Shown: positions 1 to 10,825, counted from the first letter of the stretch. The stretch is 64,000 bases of DNA from Paenibacillus allorhizosphaerae (GCF_910594985.1 NZ_CAJVCE010000016.1:97726-161725), one strand, 5' to 3'. Translations and numbers: made by a program. The notes: generated from the letters alone by a model not told the origin.

Positions 1-7
1 CGTCTGT

Positions 8-307
8 ATGGTAACGGGTGCATCTGCCGACGCTACAAATGTTGTGCCGAATATTGGTAACCTTCCAAATGCTGGTCAAGGTACTAATGATGTTAATAAG
101 TTAGTAGATGATTGGGTAACCAATCTTCGTATTATCGGCATCGCCCTAATCCTTATTCCGATTGCCGTTGGAGCCATTATGCTCGGCTTCTCAATGGGTA
201 ATGCACAAAAAAGAGGAATTGCGGTGGGTTGTCTATTAACAGCTGGTGTAGGTATTGTTATTCTAGCGAAAATGCATTCCCTTGCAGGTTGGATTGCTCA
301 CCAATAA
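8..307 (+). CDS. Small two-TM membrane protein of the conjugation module; the gene may start upstream of the window.
   Basis: 99-aa ORF with two hydrophobic helices (IIGIALILIPIAVGAIMLGF, GCLLTAGVGIVILA). It is followed by a hairpin plus T-tract at 324-355. It sits directly upstream of the TcpE/VirB4 genes. Confidence 0.35.
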   Translation: MVTGASADATNVVPNIGNLPNAGQGTNDVNKLVDDWVTNLRIIGIALILIPIAVGAIMLGFSMGNAQKRGIAVGCLLTAGVGIVILAKMHSLAGWIAHQ

Positions 308-379
308 GAAGAAGGTAATGGTAAAGCCCTACCCCCGCGTAGGGCTCATTTTTTAAGGTCATAACGAAAGGAGGCTCAA

Positions 380-703
380 TTGGTAATGCGTACTGCAATG
401 CCTTTTGACACGGAAAAGGAACGTCGACCGGTCAAGATCTGGGAACTAAGCTTCTCCTGGAGACAAACCGCTTATTTCTCAATCGCTCTTCTAGCATTTA
501 TCGAATTGGTTCAATATACGTATAACGATGATTTTCCGTTTGCATTATCTTTCGTAGTCTTTTTCATGTGTGCGATGGTATTCGTTCCTGCAACTCTGCT
601 ATCGTTTATTAAGCACCCTCAAAGTGGACTTTTCCTTGACCGTCATCTCTTGTATAGAATGCGCCATAAGAAAAAAGAAAGTGGCTTGTGGAGGAGATTT
701 TAA
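380..703 (+). CDS. TcpE/ConD-like conjugative-element membrane protein.
   Basis: 107-aa ORF with two TM helices. An AAGGAGG RBS lies at 369-375. Position and size match TcpE-family proteins found immediately upstream of the VirB4-like ATPase in Tn916/ICEBs1-type elements. Confidence 0.45.
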   Translation: MVMRTAMPFDTEKERRPVKIWELSFSWRQTAYFSIALLAFIELVQYTYNDDFPFALSFVVFFMCAMVFVPATLLSFIKHPQSGLFLDRHLLYRMRHKKKESGLWRRF

Positions 704-1599
704 TGAGTGATATTTTTATGTTTTTGGGACTCGGACTAATTGGATGGTTAATTTACCGAGTGATGACCAATAAGCCGATTATTCCCATAAATAAATCAAA
801 GAAGAAAACAGAAAAAAAGAAAGTTTCCTCGCAAACGAAAGAACTTGAGGGAGACTGGAAGAAAATAATCGGAATAAAACAAATCGTTGGAGACCATCAG
901 CTTGAGCTAGAGCCAAAAGGCGATGTAAGAACTTTTGTTGGAGCTGTCAAAACGGAACCGATCAACTATCAGCTTCGCTCCATTATTGAACAAGAAGATA
1001 CCGATCGAGCGTTCGAGAGGCTGCTTGCCCAACTGTCACTCGGTCCAGGCCGTGAAGTGAAGCTCGCGATTCATGTGCAGTCCCGTCCCATCGAACTTGT
1101 TGATCAGATGCAGCAGTATTTTGATGCCTTCCCTTCTCTACAGCCTATCGCACAGCGCTATGCAGAAAGTATGTTTTTTCCCTTTATGGAACATTGGCAG
1201 AAGAGTACGGACGAATATAACTATGTTCGCTACTTCTTCATTATCTTAGAATACCCGCCTAAGTTGATCGATGATATGGACGATGATCTCGTTTATTCCA
1301 AAGCGATCAATGAATACATCCGTCTAGGATCTACAATTATTGGAGGGTACGGACGCATGGGAGGGGTCGCCAAGCTTGCCTCTTTGGAGGACCTACTTGA
1401 ATCGCAATACTTTGCAACACATAAACAATCAGGAACCGTCAAAGGTTTTCGATCGATTGTATCGACTCCAGGGAGACTCGGAAATATCGTAATGTCAGAC
1501 TACTCTCGTCCGGCAAATCGATTTTTAGACGAAGATTTGGAAGAGCAGGCGGAGGAGATCAAAGATGAAAAATCTGCTTCAAAAAATATTTGGCAATAA
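703..1599 (+). CDS. Hypothetical ICE protein with an N-terminal TM helix.
   Basis: Start reassigned to the ATG at 703, which has a GGAGGAG RBS and overlaps the stop of the upstream gene (TAATG). It has an N-terminal hydrophobic helix and a Lys-rich linker. It lies in the conjugation operon between the TcpE-like and VirB4-like genes. Confidence 0.45.
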   Translation: MSDIFMFLGLGLIGWLIYRVMTNKPIIPINKSKKKTEKKKVSSQTKELEGDWKKIIGIKQIVGDHQLELEPKGDVRTFVGAVKTEPINYQLRSIIEQEDTDRAFERLLAQLSLGPGREVKLAIHVQSRPIELVDQMQQYFDAFPSLQPIAQRYAESMFFPFMEHWQKSTDEYNYVRYFFIILEYPPKLIDDMDDDLVYSKAINEYIRLGSTIIGGYGRMGGVAKLASLEDLLESQYFATHKQSGTVKGFRSIVSTPGRLGNIVMSDYSRPANRFLDEDLEEQAEEIKDEKSASKNIWQ

Positions 1600-3637
1600 A
1601 AAATCACCTGTTGATCCAGGTGAACTACAGTCCCAGGAACTGAAGAGTGGAATGCCGGTACCCACTTTGTCCTATTTTGATTTCGTTGCACCAACCGGGT
1701 TCGAAGTCCCCGAACATACCCGTGATATTGGGAATGTTCTTGATGGTGCTGCAGGGGCGTACCCGTTCCGCTCGTTTATTCTTGAGTTCGGAACTACCTC
1801 ATTAACAACTGGATCTCTTGATGTTTTATATCGCTCGGGGCCTGTTAATATGATGTTCTATATAACGAAATTGACACGTAATCAAGCAATTCGTACCTAT
1901 AAAAATGCCGCTACTGATGAAGGAACGCGTTTAATCAACATGCTCAAATCCGGGAACGAAATCGAAGCTCGAGAAGCCCAAAAGTCCGTAGATGCAGCCG
2001 GTCGTTTGCTCGATGAGCTCAGTGATGGTTATAACGATGGTTTCCTAGGAACGTGTCTTGTGACTGTATTCGCTAAGGACGAAAAAGGACTCGATAATGT
2101 CGGTATGCACATGCAGGATGATTTGATGGGTAACGACCATTATCTAAGAGTGCTTTATAATCGCCAGAGGAGCGGGTATATTTCTACATTGCCTATCGCA
2201 AATAACAAGATAGATGACCGGAACGATCGGAGATTTTTCGACCGTACTGCCATTGTAGCGGCTTCCCCATTTTACAGCTCAGAAATTCCTTTTAGCGGTG
2301 GCGTCCCGCTAGGTGTCAACCAGCACTCAGGGACGATGGAATTTCTAAATACGTTCGCTAAGTATCTCGATAACTACTCCTCTATGATCGTCGGTTCCAG
2401 CGGATCCGGTAAATCATTTAGTAATAAGTATATCTCCAGTTCTCAAATTTGCCTTGGTTATCGTATATTTTCGATTGATCCTGATGGAGAAAATGGGCCT
2501 GTTTGCAGGCTCCTTGGTGGACGTGAAGTAGAAATTCGAGAGGGTGGAAAAGTTTGTATTAACCCATTTGCAATTTCTGAAGAAGAGGTCGAAATTACAG
2601 ATGAAGTGGGCCGTAAAAAGGCAATCGTTGTTGTCCCTCTCGGCCCCAAAATTGGCCAACTTCTCAAATTCTTTGATCGTCTACTTGGCGGAATGACTAG
2701 TGAGGAAGAAACTCATTTAAAGAAGGCAATTCTTGATACTTATCAGGATGCCGGTATAACGGAAGACCCCGCTTCTCTTTACGAACCTGGTCTCGTGCCA
2801 GAGTTTAATCGTTTTACCCGAGAGGTAGAGCAAGTTCGTAAGCGAAAACCGGAACGAACATTAACCGATGTGTACAAACGGTTACTTAAAAATTGTGCTG
2901 TTAATGTAGATTGGGAAACTCTCGAATTTGAAGATCTAAAAGAAAAGTACGCTGAACGGCTGCTTACGGTAATTCGTGGATACTTGCGAGATTTTCCGGA
3001 CGGTGCGCTTATTGATGGGCAGACAAATTTCGGGGATGATATGCCAGTCGATAATATGCTCGACAATGTATGCTGGATCAACTTTAACATTAAAGCCATC
3101 GAAAGTTCTCGCATATTCGATATTATGATGCTTGTCATTACGACACTTGGCTGGGAGTACTTTATTAAACGCCCCAGTCTTCGTAAATTCCGAAAGAGAC
3201 TGAAAATTGAAGAAGCGTGGAAAATGAAGCGAATTCCTGGAGCGATGGAATTCATCGAAGATTTAGCCCGACGCTCCCGTAAATACAATGCCGGCGCCGA
3301 CATCATCACGCAAGACCTTACGCCGTTTTTGGAAGATTCTAGTGGGATCGCACTGGTTAAAAATGCTACGACCGCATTATTCCTACGTATTGGCCAAATC
3401 TCGACGGATGAAAAACTGCAATTGAAGAGTATCTTTAACTTTTCTGAAGGTGAACTTGAGGTCATATGCCGTCGCCCTCCGGAGCGAGAGGAAGACGATT
3501 CCCGCGGCGAAGGTATCTTAAGAGTCGGTGGCAGCTCTGCTTTTATTAAAGTGACAGTCAGTAAAGAGATGAGACGATTTATAGACACCGATCCGGATTG
3601 GCTGCAAGAGCAAGGATTGCTTCCGGAGGTGGGGTAA
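1565..3637 (+). CDS. VirB4-like conjugative transfer ATPase (ConE/TcpF family).
   Basis: 690-aa ORF with Walker A GSSGSGKS and a downstream acidic Walker B region. There is a GGAGGAG RBS. Its size and position in a Gram-positive conjugation module are typical of this family. Confidence 0.8.
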   Translation: MKNLLQKIFGNKKSPVDPGELQSQELKSGMPVPTLSYFDFVAPTGFEVPEHTRDIGNVLDGAAGAYPFRSFILEFGTTSLTTGSLDVLYRSGPVNMMFYITKLTRNQAIRTYKNAATDEGTRLINMLKSGNEIEAREAQKSVDAAGRLLDELSDGYNDGFLGTCLVTVFAKDEKGLDNVGMHMQDDLMGNDHYLRVLYNRQRSGYISTLPIANNKIDDRNDRRFFDRTAIVAASPFYSSEIPFSGGVPLGVNQHSGTMEFLNTFAKYLDNYSSMIVGSSGSGKSFSNKYISSSQICLGYRIFSIDPDGENGPVCRLLGGREVEIREGGKVCINPFAISEEEVEITDEVGRKKAIVVVPLGPKIGQLLKFFDRLLGGMTSEEETHLKKAILDTYQDAGITEDPASLYEPGLVPEFNRFTREVEQVRKRKPERTLTDVYKRLLKNCAVNVDWETLEFEDLKEKYAERLLTVIRGYLRDFPDGALIDGQTNFGDDMPVDNMLDNVCWINFNIKAIESSRIFDIMMLVITTLGWEYFIKRPSLRKFRKRLKIEEAWKMKRIPGAMEFIEDLARRSRKYNAGADIITQDLTPFLEDSSGIALVKNATTALFLRIGQISTDEKLQLKSIFNFSEGELEVICRRPPEREEDDSRGEGILRVGGSSAFIKVTVSKEMRRFIDTDPDWLQEQGLLPEVG

Positions 3638-3638
3638 C

Positions 3639-5861
3639 TTGAGGAATCCTTTTAAAAAGGGGAACAAAAAATCTAAGCGACTACTAATCTCCCTTGGATT
3701 GGTTTCGATAGTTTCCAGTATTTTTGCTCCGGCCGCTTTCGCAGGTAGTGGTGATCCTTGGTATGCGCAGCCGTTTACTTGGTTTCTAGACTTCATGTAC
3801 GGGATACTAGGTGGTATTCACGACCCTGCCGATCACATTTTTTATCAAGGCTGCGGGATCCTGGGAACTACTTTCAAAGCATGTGCTGATCGATCGGTTT
3901 GGGGCTTATTTACAACGCAGCAATATAATACGGTCCTCTATCGGGGATTCTGGATGTTTGCCGGTTTATCAATGGGTTTCATTTGTGCTTCAGTTATTAA
4001 ATCAGGCGTTTTGCTTTCTTTCAGCAGATTATCTTCTACACTTAAATTCGAGGTCAACGATGCTCTAATCAAAACAGTGGTAGCTACCATCCTAATTGGG
4101 CAGTTTTTTTCGATTACATCCGCGTTTTTTTCATTAAATAACGCTGTAGTAAATATGGTTGCTAAAGATTTAATGAAACCCCAAGTCGTCGTTGATAACA
4201 AGGGAAATGTCATTCCAAATGATGGACGGAGCATACAAGACTGGAGAATAGAAATGAATAGCTTGTGTGAGAACACAAGTGAATTAACGTCTCCAATTGC
4301 TCGCGCTGCGTGCGCACTTACGGTACGTGGTGCAGCTGTTTGGTGGGAAGTATTCTATTTGCAACGCAAGTTTATGATTGCAATTCTCGTCATTCTTGCT
4401 CCACTATGGATAAGTTGTATGTTTTATCCGATGCTGCATGGGGTTACTATGACAGCATGGAAAGAGCTTTGGGCCCAAATCATTTCCCAAGCGCTTCATG
4501 CGGTTTTATTTTGGATCTATTACCACCTAATTGATGATCAAATGGGTTGGTTTCAGATGTTGGTTGGCATGTGTTTGTTTATTCCTATATCTGAAAGCAT
4601 ACGGTTTATTTTCGGAGCGACATCGCGCACAGGAGGAATGCTTGCGGCCGCCGGTACAATGGTGGGAGCAGCCGGCATGATGAATTTAACCAAGGGCATG
4701 ATGACGGTTGGTAAAGGATTAGTCAACGGACACAAAGCTTATAAAGGTATCCCTACGGACAATAACCAGTCCTCCGGAGCAGGTCATGGGTTACCAGGAA
4801 TGGGTGGTAACAAAGCCGGAGGAGGAAGCGCTGGTGCCTCGTACGGAGGAAGTGTAGCCGACAATGGAGCAGGCCGCCCCATTTCGATGCAACAACGTAA
4901 ATTACGTGCTGCCGGGGAAATTGGCGCCGGTTTAGGACGTGCTGCAGGGAGAATGGCATTTGGATTTGCAGGAGCCGGTATGGGTGGGGGTGCAGGGGCA
5001 TACATCGGTGGTGAGATAGGGGAAGCCGTGGGTGATGGCGCTGGCTACCGTGCAGGCGCAGCTGGTCTTATTGGTGGTAGAGCTGTGAGCAAAGGAGCTG
5101 CTGCAGCAGGAAAAAGGATAACTGAGTTCCCATCAAACTTCAAAGAGGCTTATGATAATATGACCAATAGAGATGGTGATTGGTCAGCTAAAGCAGCTAA
5201 GGCTGCTTCAGTTGCTGCTCAGGGTGGGACAGCAAAAGTCGATGCAAAACGTAATCCTCCGCCGCCGACTCCGCAACAAAAAGCCGCGAATCTTGCCGAG
5301 GCACGCGAGCGTGCTGCCGAAAGGGCAGGGGCAATTGGTGAAGTAGTCTATGGTCGAGGGGGCTACGATATCGGTGATAGTAAGGCGCGAAGCTCCCACG
5401 CCGGAAGAACGCTTAATCCCTCGGCATTGACTGATTTGAGAGATCAACAAGGAGCCAAAAAAGTATTCACACTAGAAACAGCAACATCAAGTGTTCTCGC
5501 AACTAAAGATAATATAACCGGCGAATATAAACCTATTTCTAACCTGGGTCGCGGGAACTCTTCTCTGCGAACAGGAGAAACAGTCGTTACCCCTTATGAA
5601 ATTCAGGGTAAAGGGAATTCCGTACGACTTACCCCCGTTAAAGAAGCCGTGTCAATTCCCGGGACTGCTGGAGCAGGAACAGATGGGGGACGTAAAGTTG
5701 AATATGTCACTGCTTCATATTTACATAATGACCAGGGCAAGACGGCTTATAATGGGAAAACAATCGATGCTAATCTTTTTATCAGCCCGTCGCAACAGGA
5801 TGCCGCAGTGGATTTAAGACGTCAGAATTTTGTTCCTAAGAGGAAGACGTCAACGACCTGA
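3639..5861 (+). CDS. VirB6/ConG (TcpH)-like polytopic conjugation membrane protein.
   Basis: 740-aa ORF with a TTG start after a GGAGGTGGGG RBS and an N-terminal signal/TM. It has multiple TM segments and a long Gly/Ala-rich low-complexity central region. It lies immediately after the VirB4-like gene, as in ICEBs1 conG. Confidence 0.55.
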   Translation: MRNPFKKGNKKSKRLLISLGLVSIVSSIFAPAAFAGSGDPWYAQPFTWFLDFMYGILGGIHDPADHIFYQGCGILGTTFKACADRSVWGLFTTQQYNTVLYRGFWMFAGLSMGFICASVIKSGVLLSFSRLSSTLKFEVNDALIKTVVATILIGQFFSITSAFFSLNNAVVNMVAKDLMKPQVVVDNKGNVIPNDGRSIQDWRIEMNSLCENTSELTSPIARAACALTVRGAAVWWEVFYLQRKFMIAILVILAPLWISCMFYPMLHGVTMTAWKELWAQIISQALHAVLFWIYYHLIDDQMGWFQMLVGMCLFIPISESIRFIFGATSRTGGMLAAAGTMVGAAGMMNLTKGMMTVGKGLVNGHKAYKGIPTDNNQSSGAGHGLPGMGGNKAGGGSAGASYGGSVADNGAGRPISMQQRKLRAAGEIGAGLGRAAGRMAFGFAGAGMGGGAGAYIGGEIGEAVGDGAGYRAGAAGLIGGRAVSKGAAAAGKRITEFPSNFKEAYDNMTNRDGDWSAKAAKAASVAAQGGTAKVDAKRNPPPPTPQQKAANLAEARERAAERAGAIGEVVYGRGGYDIGDSKARSSHAGRTLNPSALTDLRDQQGAKKVFTLETATSSVLATKDNITGEYKPISNLGRGNSSLRTGETVVTPYEIQGKGNSVRLTPVKEAVSIPGTAGAGTDGGRKVEYVTASYLHNDQGKTAYNGKTIDANLFISPSQQDAAVDLRRQNFVPKRKTSTT

Positions 5862-5937
5862 TCCTTCCAGTATCCACCATTATAATTTGCCCTCCGTCAG
5901 TCCGGACGGGGGGCATTTATTCGGGAGGTGACCGTGA

Positions 5938-7563
5938 ATGGCAATGTACAACGATCAAGAAGAAGACTCAATGCCTTCCGTAGGCAGAAGAGTGGTAGAG
6001 ACCGGTAAAGACTTTGCCAAAGCGATGGCGCGTAAGGTACTTAAGGAAATCGCTAAAAAACTCATCAAGATGTTAGTTAAATTTATTCTTAAACTCATTG
6101 CTAAATTGATAGCAGCTGTTCTCATATATTTCGGCATTCCGGCAATCATCATTGCGGTACTTGTCATCCTTATAGGTGGGGGCATTATTTACGCCGCTAT
6201 TCATTTTGATTGGCTATCTGACACCAGTGGGGATACTGCATCCAAGCTTCGAGCTCAATATACCAGTGCCATAGAAAAAACAACAGATTTACCGGAATAT
6301 CGTCCGCCAATGATTGTTGTACAAGCGATCGATAACATTCGTATGACGAAAAGCAATCTTGAAAATACAGATATCAAGCCAAGTCTTGCGAGTTCGTTAA
6401 AGCCTGACCTAACGTATAAAATATTCATTAACGTAATTGAAACTAAAGTCGTATGGGATGATCCAAACCCAACCACTGGTGATGATGGTGAAACTCGGGA
6501 TAACCCTATCCATCATGAAGATGTGACTATCGATTATGAGGACGTAAACTTATTGGTTAAAGCTCATGCATGGAATAGAATCGATAATATAACGTATCAT
6601 CAGGAGCAGACAGTTGAATCATCCGGCAATACGACGGTAACCAAGACATTCTGGGTAATGGATGAGGCTTGTAAGACTCCGCCGGCAAGTTCAAACTCAG
6701 GACCACAAGGTGGTACAGGCGGGGTTGTCACTGGAGGTGCTACCGGTTCTACGCACCCATTTTTCCTTTTATACGGGTCATACGCAACGGAGGAGGAGAA
6801 AAAAAGCGGCGTTCCCGCATCTATCACCCTAGCGCAAGCAGCTTTGGAGAGTGGTTGGGGGAGAAGTGAGTTAGCATCCGTTCATTATAATTTCTTCGGT
6901 ATTAAGAAATTTGATGGTGATGGCCATGATAAGTATGTAACGTATACAACAAAGGAACAAAAAGCAGACGGTACCTGGATAACGATCGATGCTAAATTCC
7001 GATCTTACAATAGCGCATTGGAAGGTTTCTCCGATCACTCGGACTTTTTGTTAAAGAATGGACGCTATAAACAAGTCTTACAAGAAAAAAACCCTTATGC
7101 GTTCGCGAATGGATTGCAGGCAGCTGGATACGCAACAGACCAAGAATACGGGTATAAATTACGATCGATCATGCATCAGTACAACTTGCTTCAGTTTGAT
7201 GTAGATAAGGGAATCAATCCGGTCACAGGTCAACCCTACGAAGATGTTGCTTATTCCGGTCCAGTAGGTGGGGGGGGCGGTGGGGAAATGACGGGTTGCA
7301 GCACGCCAAACTTCACTAAATTTGATGCGCTTCTTAGTAGTTTGAATTTCGTTTCTGATGATGTGCAAATAGCGATGCTGAGTATTCATGAGGCGGATGA
7401 ATCTAAAAGCTATCTGAGCACATATAATGGCAAATTTATGGATGCTTACAGAATCATAAGTGAATCGAAAACGTCTATGATACTTGGCAATCAACAGATT
7501 TTTGCCTTAACTCCTAAGTACCATTTAAGTATCCTGCGGTGGAGGAATTATGAGCTGGGATAA
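5938..7563 (+). CDS. CwlT-like cell-wall hydrolase with an N-acetylmuramidase domain.
   Basis: 541-aa ORF with an N-terminal TM anchor. The glucosaminidase/muramidase signature SITLAQAALESGWGRSELASVHYNFFGIKKF is present. A C-terminal Gly-rich linker is followed by a Cys-containing domain. It sits in the position of cwlT/orf14 in ICEs. Confidence 0.75.
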   Translation: MAMYNDQEEDSMPSVGRRVVETGKDFAKAMARKVLKEIAKKLIKMLVKFILKLIAKLIAAVLIYFGIPAIIIAVLVILIGGGIIYAAIHFDWLSDTSGDTASKLRAQYTSAIEKTTDLPEYRPPMIVVQAIDNIRMTKSNLENTDIKPSLASSLKPDLTYKIFINVIETKVVWDDPNPTTGDDGETRDNPIHHEDVTIDYEDVNLLVKAHAWNRIDNITYHQEQTVESSGNTTVTKTFWVMDEACKTPPASSNSGPQGGTGGVVTGGATGSTHPFFLLYGSYATEEEKKSGVPASITLAQAALESGWGRSELASVHYNFFGIKKFDGDGHDKYVTYTTKEQKADGTWITIDAKFRSYNSALEGFSDHSDFLLKNGRYKQVLQEKNPYAFANGLQAAGYATDQEYGYKLRSIMHQYNLLQFDVDKGINPVTGQPYEDVAYSGPVGGGGGGEMTGCSTPNFTKFDALLSSLNFVSDDVQIAMLSIHEADESKSYLSTYNGKFMDAYRIISESKTSMILGNQQIFALTPKYHLSILRWRNYELG

Positions 7564-7771
7564 AGAAGACTTAGATAAAGAAAAGTGGCAGGCTGCTTAC
7601 AATAAACTCAGTAAAGCCATTTGGATCAAATTTTTAAAACCCTCAAATAAATATAGAAAGCTTAGTACCAAAGAGCTTGAATATATGTACGAGGCAATTA
7701 ATCAAGGAAAGTCATTGCAGGAGTCATATGAATACGCTTTGAGGGTGTATAAGGCGCTTGGCGGTGACTAA
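7550..7771 (+). CDS. Small hypothetical protein.
   Basis: 73-aa ORF with a GGAGG RBS that overlaps the end of the hydrolase gene. It is helical and charged. Confidence 0.35.
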   Translation: MSWDKEDLDKEKWQAAYNKLSKAIWIKFLKPSNKYRKLSTKELEYMYEAINQGKSLQESYEYALRVYKALGGD

Positions 7772-7961
7772 TTTTGATCTCTGCTCTCGATTGGATTAGA
7801 TACTTCCAGAGGATACTGCAGAAGATGACAGTCCGGTCGACTTTAATACCAAACTGTTATCAGCCATTAGCTACGGTTTGCCGGTGGCTACGGTCCCCAC
7901 CGTTTATAAATAACCGGTGCCGGCTCGGATCACATCAAGCAAACCAGGAGGGCGGATTTAT

Positions 7962-8507
7962 GTGAGAATAGCCATAGTATTGGTGAGTGCTTGGGTAATT
8001 GTTATAGTCGGTTTTATTATCTATAGTCACGCTGGCCCAAAAGAAAACAAAGACAAAAAGCCCTCGGCAGCCGTGTCAGCTGATCGTAATCCGATTATCT
8101 CATACGAGCAGCCAGGCGGTCCGACAGATCAAAAAAAGATCGTGCAAAGCAGAAAGCCAGAAGATGCGGTTAAATTATTTTTTTCGCTCATTAATGAGGG
8201 AAAGCTTGATGGAGCTGTATCTATAATTGAGCCAGACTATATGCTTCTAGTTGTTAGTAGCCAGAAGAATAAAGCCCCGGTTGAGGTCATGCATTCTTAT
8301 GTTCATTTGTTCAATAAAGGTGAGCTTAAAAGTATTGACTTTACGCCACCTGAGCCGTCAGCAGAACAAATAAAGGCGACCACCATCGTACAATTAAATA
8401 ATGGTACGAAGTTGCAAGTCAATTTTGATATGTACTTCTTAGATATCGATGGTGCCGGTTTAAAGAACTGGTATCTTAAGGACATTCGTTCTCAAAAAAT
8501 GAAATGA
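7962..8507 (+). CDS. Membrane-anchored hypothetical protein.
   Basis: GTG start with GGAGGG 9 nt upstream. It has an N-terminal TM helix (IAIVLVSAWVIVIVGFIIY) followed by an extracellular-type domain. Confidence 0.4.
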   Translation: MRIAIVLVSAWVIVIVGFIIYSHAGPKENKDKKPSAAVSADRNPIISYEQPGGPTDQKKIVQSRKPEDAVKLFFSLINEGKLDGAVSIIEPDYMLLVVSSQKNKAPVEVMHSYVHLFNKGELKSIDFTPPEPSAEQIKATTIVQLNNGTKLQVNFDMYFLDIDGAGLKNWYLKDIRSQKMK

Positions 8508-8759
8508 TATAAAAAGCATTGATGATGTACGAGCAGAATTCTGACGTCAGGTACTTGAAAAGTATACCAAATATAGTACAATGGTCTTAGATATCTCTGA
8601 CGATCTCTCGTCATTTCCGCATATGCGGCAAGTTCAACTCCCTATGGGATGTTATTGCGAAACGGGTTTATTCTATCCGTTAAGGTGCAATCATCCAGGG
8701 AGTTTTTTTGCGTTTCGAGAGATCCTGAGTGATTGAAAAATTTATGGAGGTTGAACTGT

Positions 8760-9746
8760 ATGCACGTTCTGATTTTTGAAGGGGACCGAAAACTTGGGGA
8801 AGTGCTTAACGGCATGATCTCGAAATGGCGCTTTAAGAGCAAATACAGGCATTATAATCGTGTATATCTATGGGACAAATATGGGACAGGCCATAGCGAT
8901 CGAGAGATTCTATACGCCTTAGTTGGTCCCGGCGAATCACTTACAAAGCAATCAGGTTCTATATTATTCATTAAGGAAGATGGGAAAGGAAAGTTCCTTC
9001 CATTATCAGAGGAAGACGTTGACGCGCTCACTCTTTATATGGAAATCCATAAAACAGTTGAGAAGTTGGAGCAGCATCTACGGTACTCCCAGATCAATTA
9101 TGAAGAGGGACTAAAGGAGTTAAAATCCATTCATGAAAAAATTTATAAAGTGGATTCATCTATGGAAGGATGGATCTCGCCGGTTGCCGTATTAAGCCAC
9201 CTCAGCAGTATTATCGCTAAGCATTTTCATGCAAATAATGTGGCCAGGGGATTTCAAATAATTTATAGTTTCTTGTGTGAAACCAAAAACATTAAAGAAG
9301 CAACCTCTGAATTACATCAATTGGCGAATTCCGATCGTTATAACGAAGTGATGGATCCCTCGGATAAGGAATTTGTATATCATCTGTCAAAGTATGATTG
9401 TTTCATGAGGAGAACGGGCAAGTGCTCGCTCGATCTGAGCCCGTCTGAGTTTCAAGAATATCAAATTCAGGACGAAAACAACCGTTCTGAAGCTTCTGTT
9501 CATTACTGTAGAAATTTATTACAGTCGTTTCAAACAATAGGCATTCAAAATAGTGTAGAGATTCAACATAATACAGCTTGTGATCATTACTCATTTACTG
9601 ATGGCCAGCACCGATCCTGTATTGCTAAGAAAGTGCAGATGAATTTACCGGCAAAAATTGCAATACAACAATCATATTGCCGCATCTGCAGCAGCAGAAG
9701 AAGCGGTGACACGAGAATCATCGATGCCGATGATTACATTGCATAA
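8760..9746 (+). CDS. Hypothetical protein with a Cys-rich C-terminus.
   Basis: ATG at 8760 with GGAGG 9 nt upstream. A TTGAAA-N16-TACAAT promoter lies at about 8555-8583. There are several conserved-looking Cys pairs near the C-terminus. Confidence 0.4.
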   Translation: MHVLIFEGDRKLGEVLNGMISKWRFKSKYRHYNRVYLWDKYGTGHSDREILYALVGPGESLTKQSGSILFIKEDGKGKFLPLSEEDVDALTLYMEIHKTVEKLEQHLRYSQINYEEGLKELKSIHEKIYKVDSSMEGWISPVAVLSHLSSIIAKHFHANNVARGFQIIYSFLCETKNIKEATSELHQLANSDRYNEVMDPSDKEFVYHLSKYDCFMRRTGKCSLDLSPSEFQEYQIQDENNRSEASVHYCRNLLQSFQTIGIQNSVEIQHNTACDHYSFTDGQHRSCIAKKVQMNLPAKIAIQQSYCRICSSRRSGDTRIIDADDYIA

Positions 9747-9763
9747 TAAGAATGGAGTATCTG

Positions 9764-10738
9764 CTATCTCGCGGATACTCCATCTTTTTTAAAGGACAGG
9801 ACCGTGCACTTTTTAGCAAGCTCTTTCTCAACTCCTCGTTTTGCCACACGGTGGATCAGCCGTGCACATACTATACAATCAGCCTTAGCTCTATGACTTC
9901 CAATGCCTAACATTCGAATATCCTGATCGTAAGCGGCATCCATCAAGCTAATCCAAGTAAAATCTCGATGATACCTGGAGTAGCTGCCGACATATTCAGC
10001 ATAGGTCTGCATGACACAAAAGTTTTTCAATAAGGTATAAGACTGGTTGTGGCGCTCGCAATTGCTTCGGATCATTTGAAAATCGTAGTCAGCGTTATAA
10101 GTGAGGATGGTCTTATCGACCGAAAGAATCTTTTGGATGTGTACCCAAACTTCGGGCCAGCTCGGAGCGTTTTCGACCATTTCGTTCGTGATGCCATGAA
10201 TGGCGGTCGCTTCTTCCGGGATGGGGCAGACCGGCTTAACCAATGATTCGAATAATACGTTTTCATCAAGATCGATAACGGCTATATCTACGATTTCGGA
10301 GTCGTAATCTAAGCCAGTGGCTTCCGTATCCAAAATGAGGTATTTGGACTTATTGTCAACCCAGTTCCTGAGTAATTTAAAGGCATTCTTACTGATTTCC
10401 TCGATAAAGAGACTTTCCCGGCAATAATCACATATTCCCTGTAACAAGCGCTCCTTTCTTGAAATGATCCCTTCACAACGGGAACATGTCCGAGCGGCCA
10501 ATTGCGCGGTGCGGGCTTTCTCGACTGCTGCCAGTTGCTTTTCGGTAGCTGGTTTGCAAGGGGCTGTTTCGCTAATGTTGTAGAGCTTGACCCAAATGTG
10601 GCCATTCCACACTTCCGCTTTTGCTTCTCCCGTTGGCTTCAGGCCCATTTCCTTGAGATCGGTCTTGCATTTTAAATGTTCCGGAACATTTACCCAACCG
10701 CCACGTATCCGTTCCATAGAATCCAACCCTTCGTTCAA
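9764..10738 (-). CDS. DnaQ-like DEDDh 3'-5' exonuclease with an N-terminal zinc-ribbon domain.
   Basis: Exonuclease motifs are present: ILDTEATGLD (Exo I), HGIT/YNADYDFQM (Exo II) and HRAKADC (Exo III). N-terminal CxxC...CxxC pairs are present. Confidence 0.7.
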   Translation of the reverse strand: MNEGLDSMERIRGGWVNVPEHLKCKTDLKEMGLKPTGEAKAEVWNGHIWVKLYNISETAPCKPATEKQLAAVEKARTAQLAARTCSRCEGIISRKERLLQGICDYCRESLFIEEISKNAFKLLRNWVDNKSKYLILDTEATGLDYDSEIVDIAVIDLDENVLFESLVKPVCPIPEEATAIHGITNEMVENAPSWPEVWVHIQKILSVDKTILTYNADYDFQMIRSNCERHNQSYTLLKNFCVMQTYAEYVGSYSRYHRDFTWISLMDAAYDQDIRMLGIGSHRAKADCIVCARLIHRVAKRGVEKELAKKCTVLSFKKDGVSAR

Positions 10739-10825
10739 TTTTTATTAAATCGGACGTAGCCGCCTTTGATCCTTTGTTTTTGTGCTCAACCAATCATTCG
10801 ATAAGCGTATCCGCATTTGCTGGTA

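Noticed and set aside
2779-3588. 269-aa minus-strand ORF inside the VirB4-like ATPase gene.
   Set aside because: It is antisense to a gene with clear Walker motifs. Its Ser/Arg-rich translation is not protein-like.
3639-5861. Gly/Ala-rich repetitive stretch in the ConG-like protein (about 4780-5100), considered as a possible tandem DNA repeat or CRISPR-like array.
   Set aside because: It is an in-frame low-complexity coding region typical of VirB6/ConG-like proteins. It has no regular repeat-spacer periodicity.
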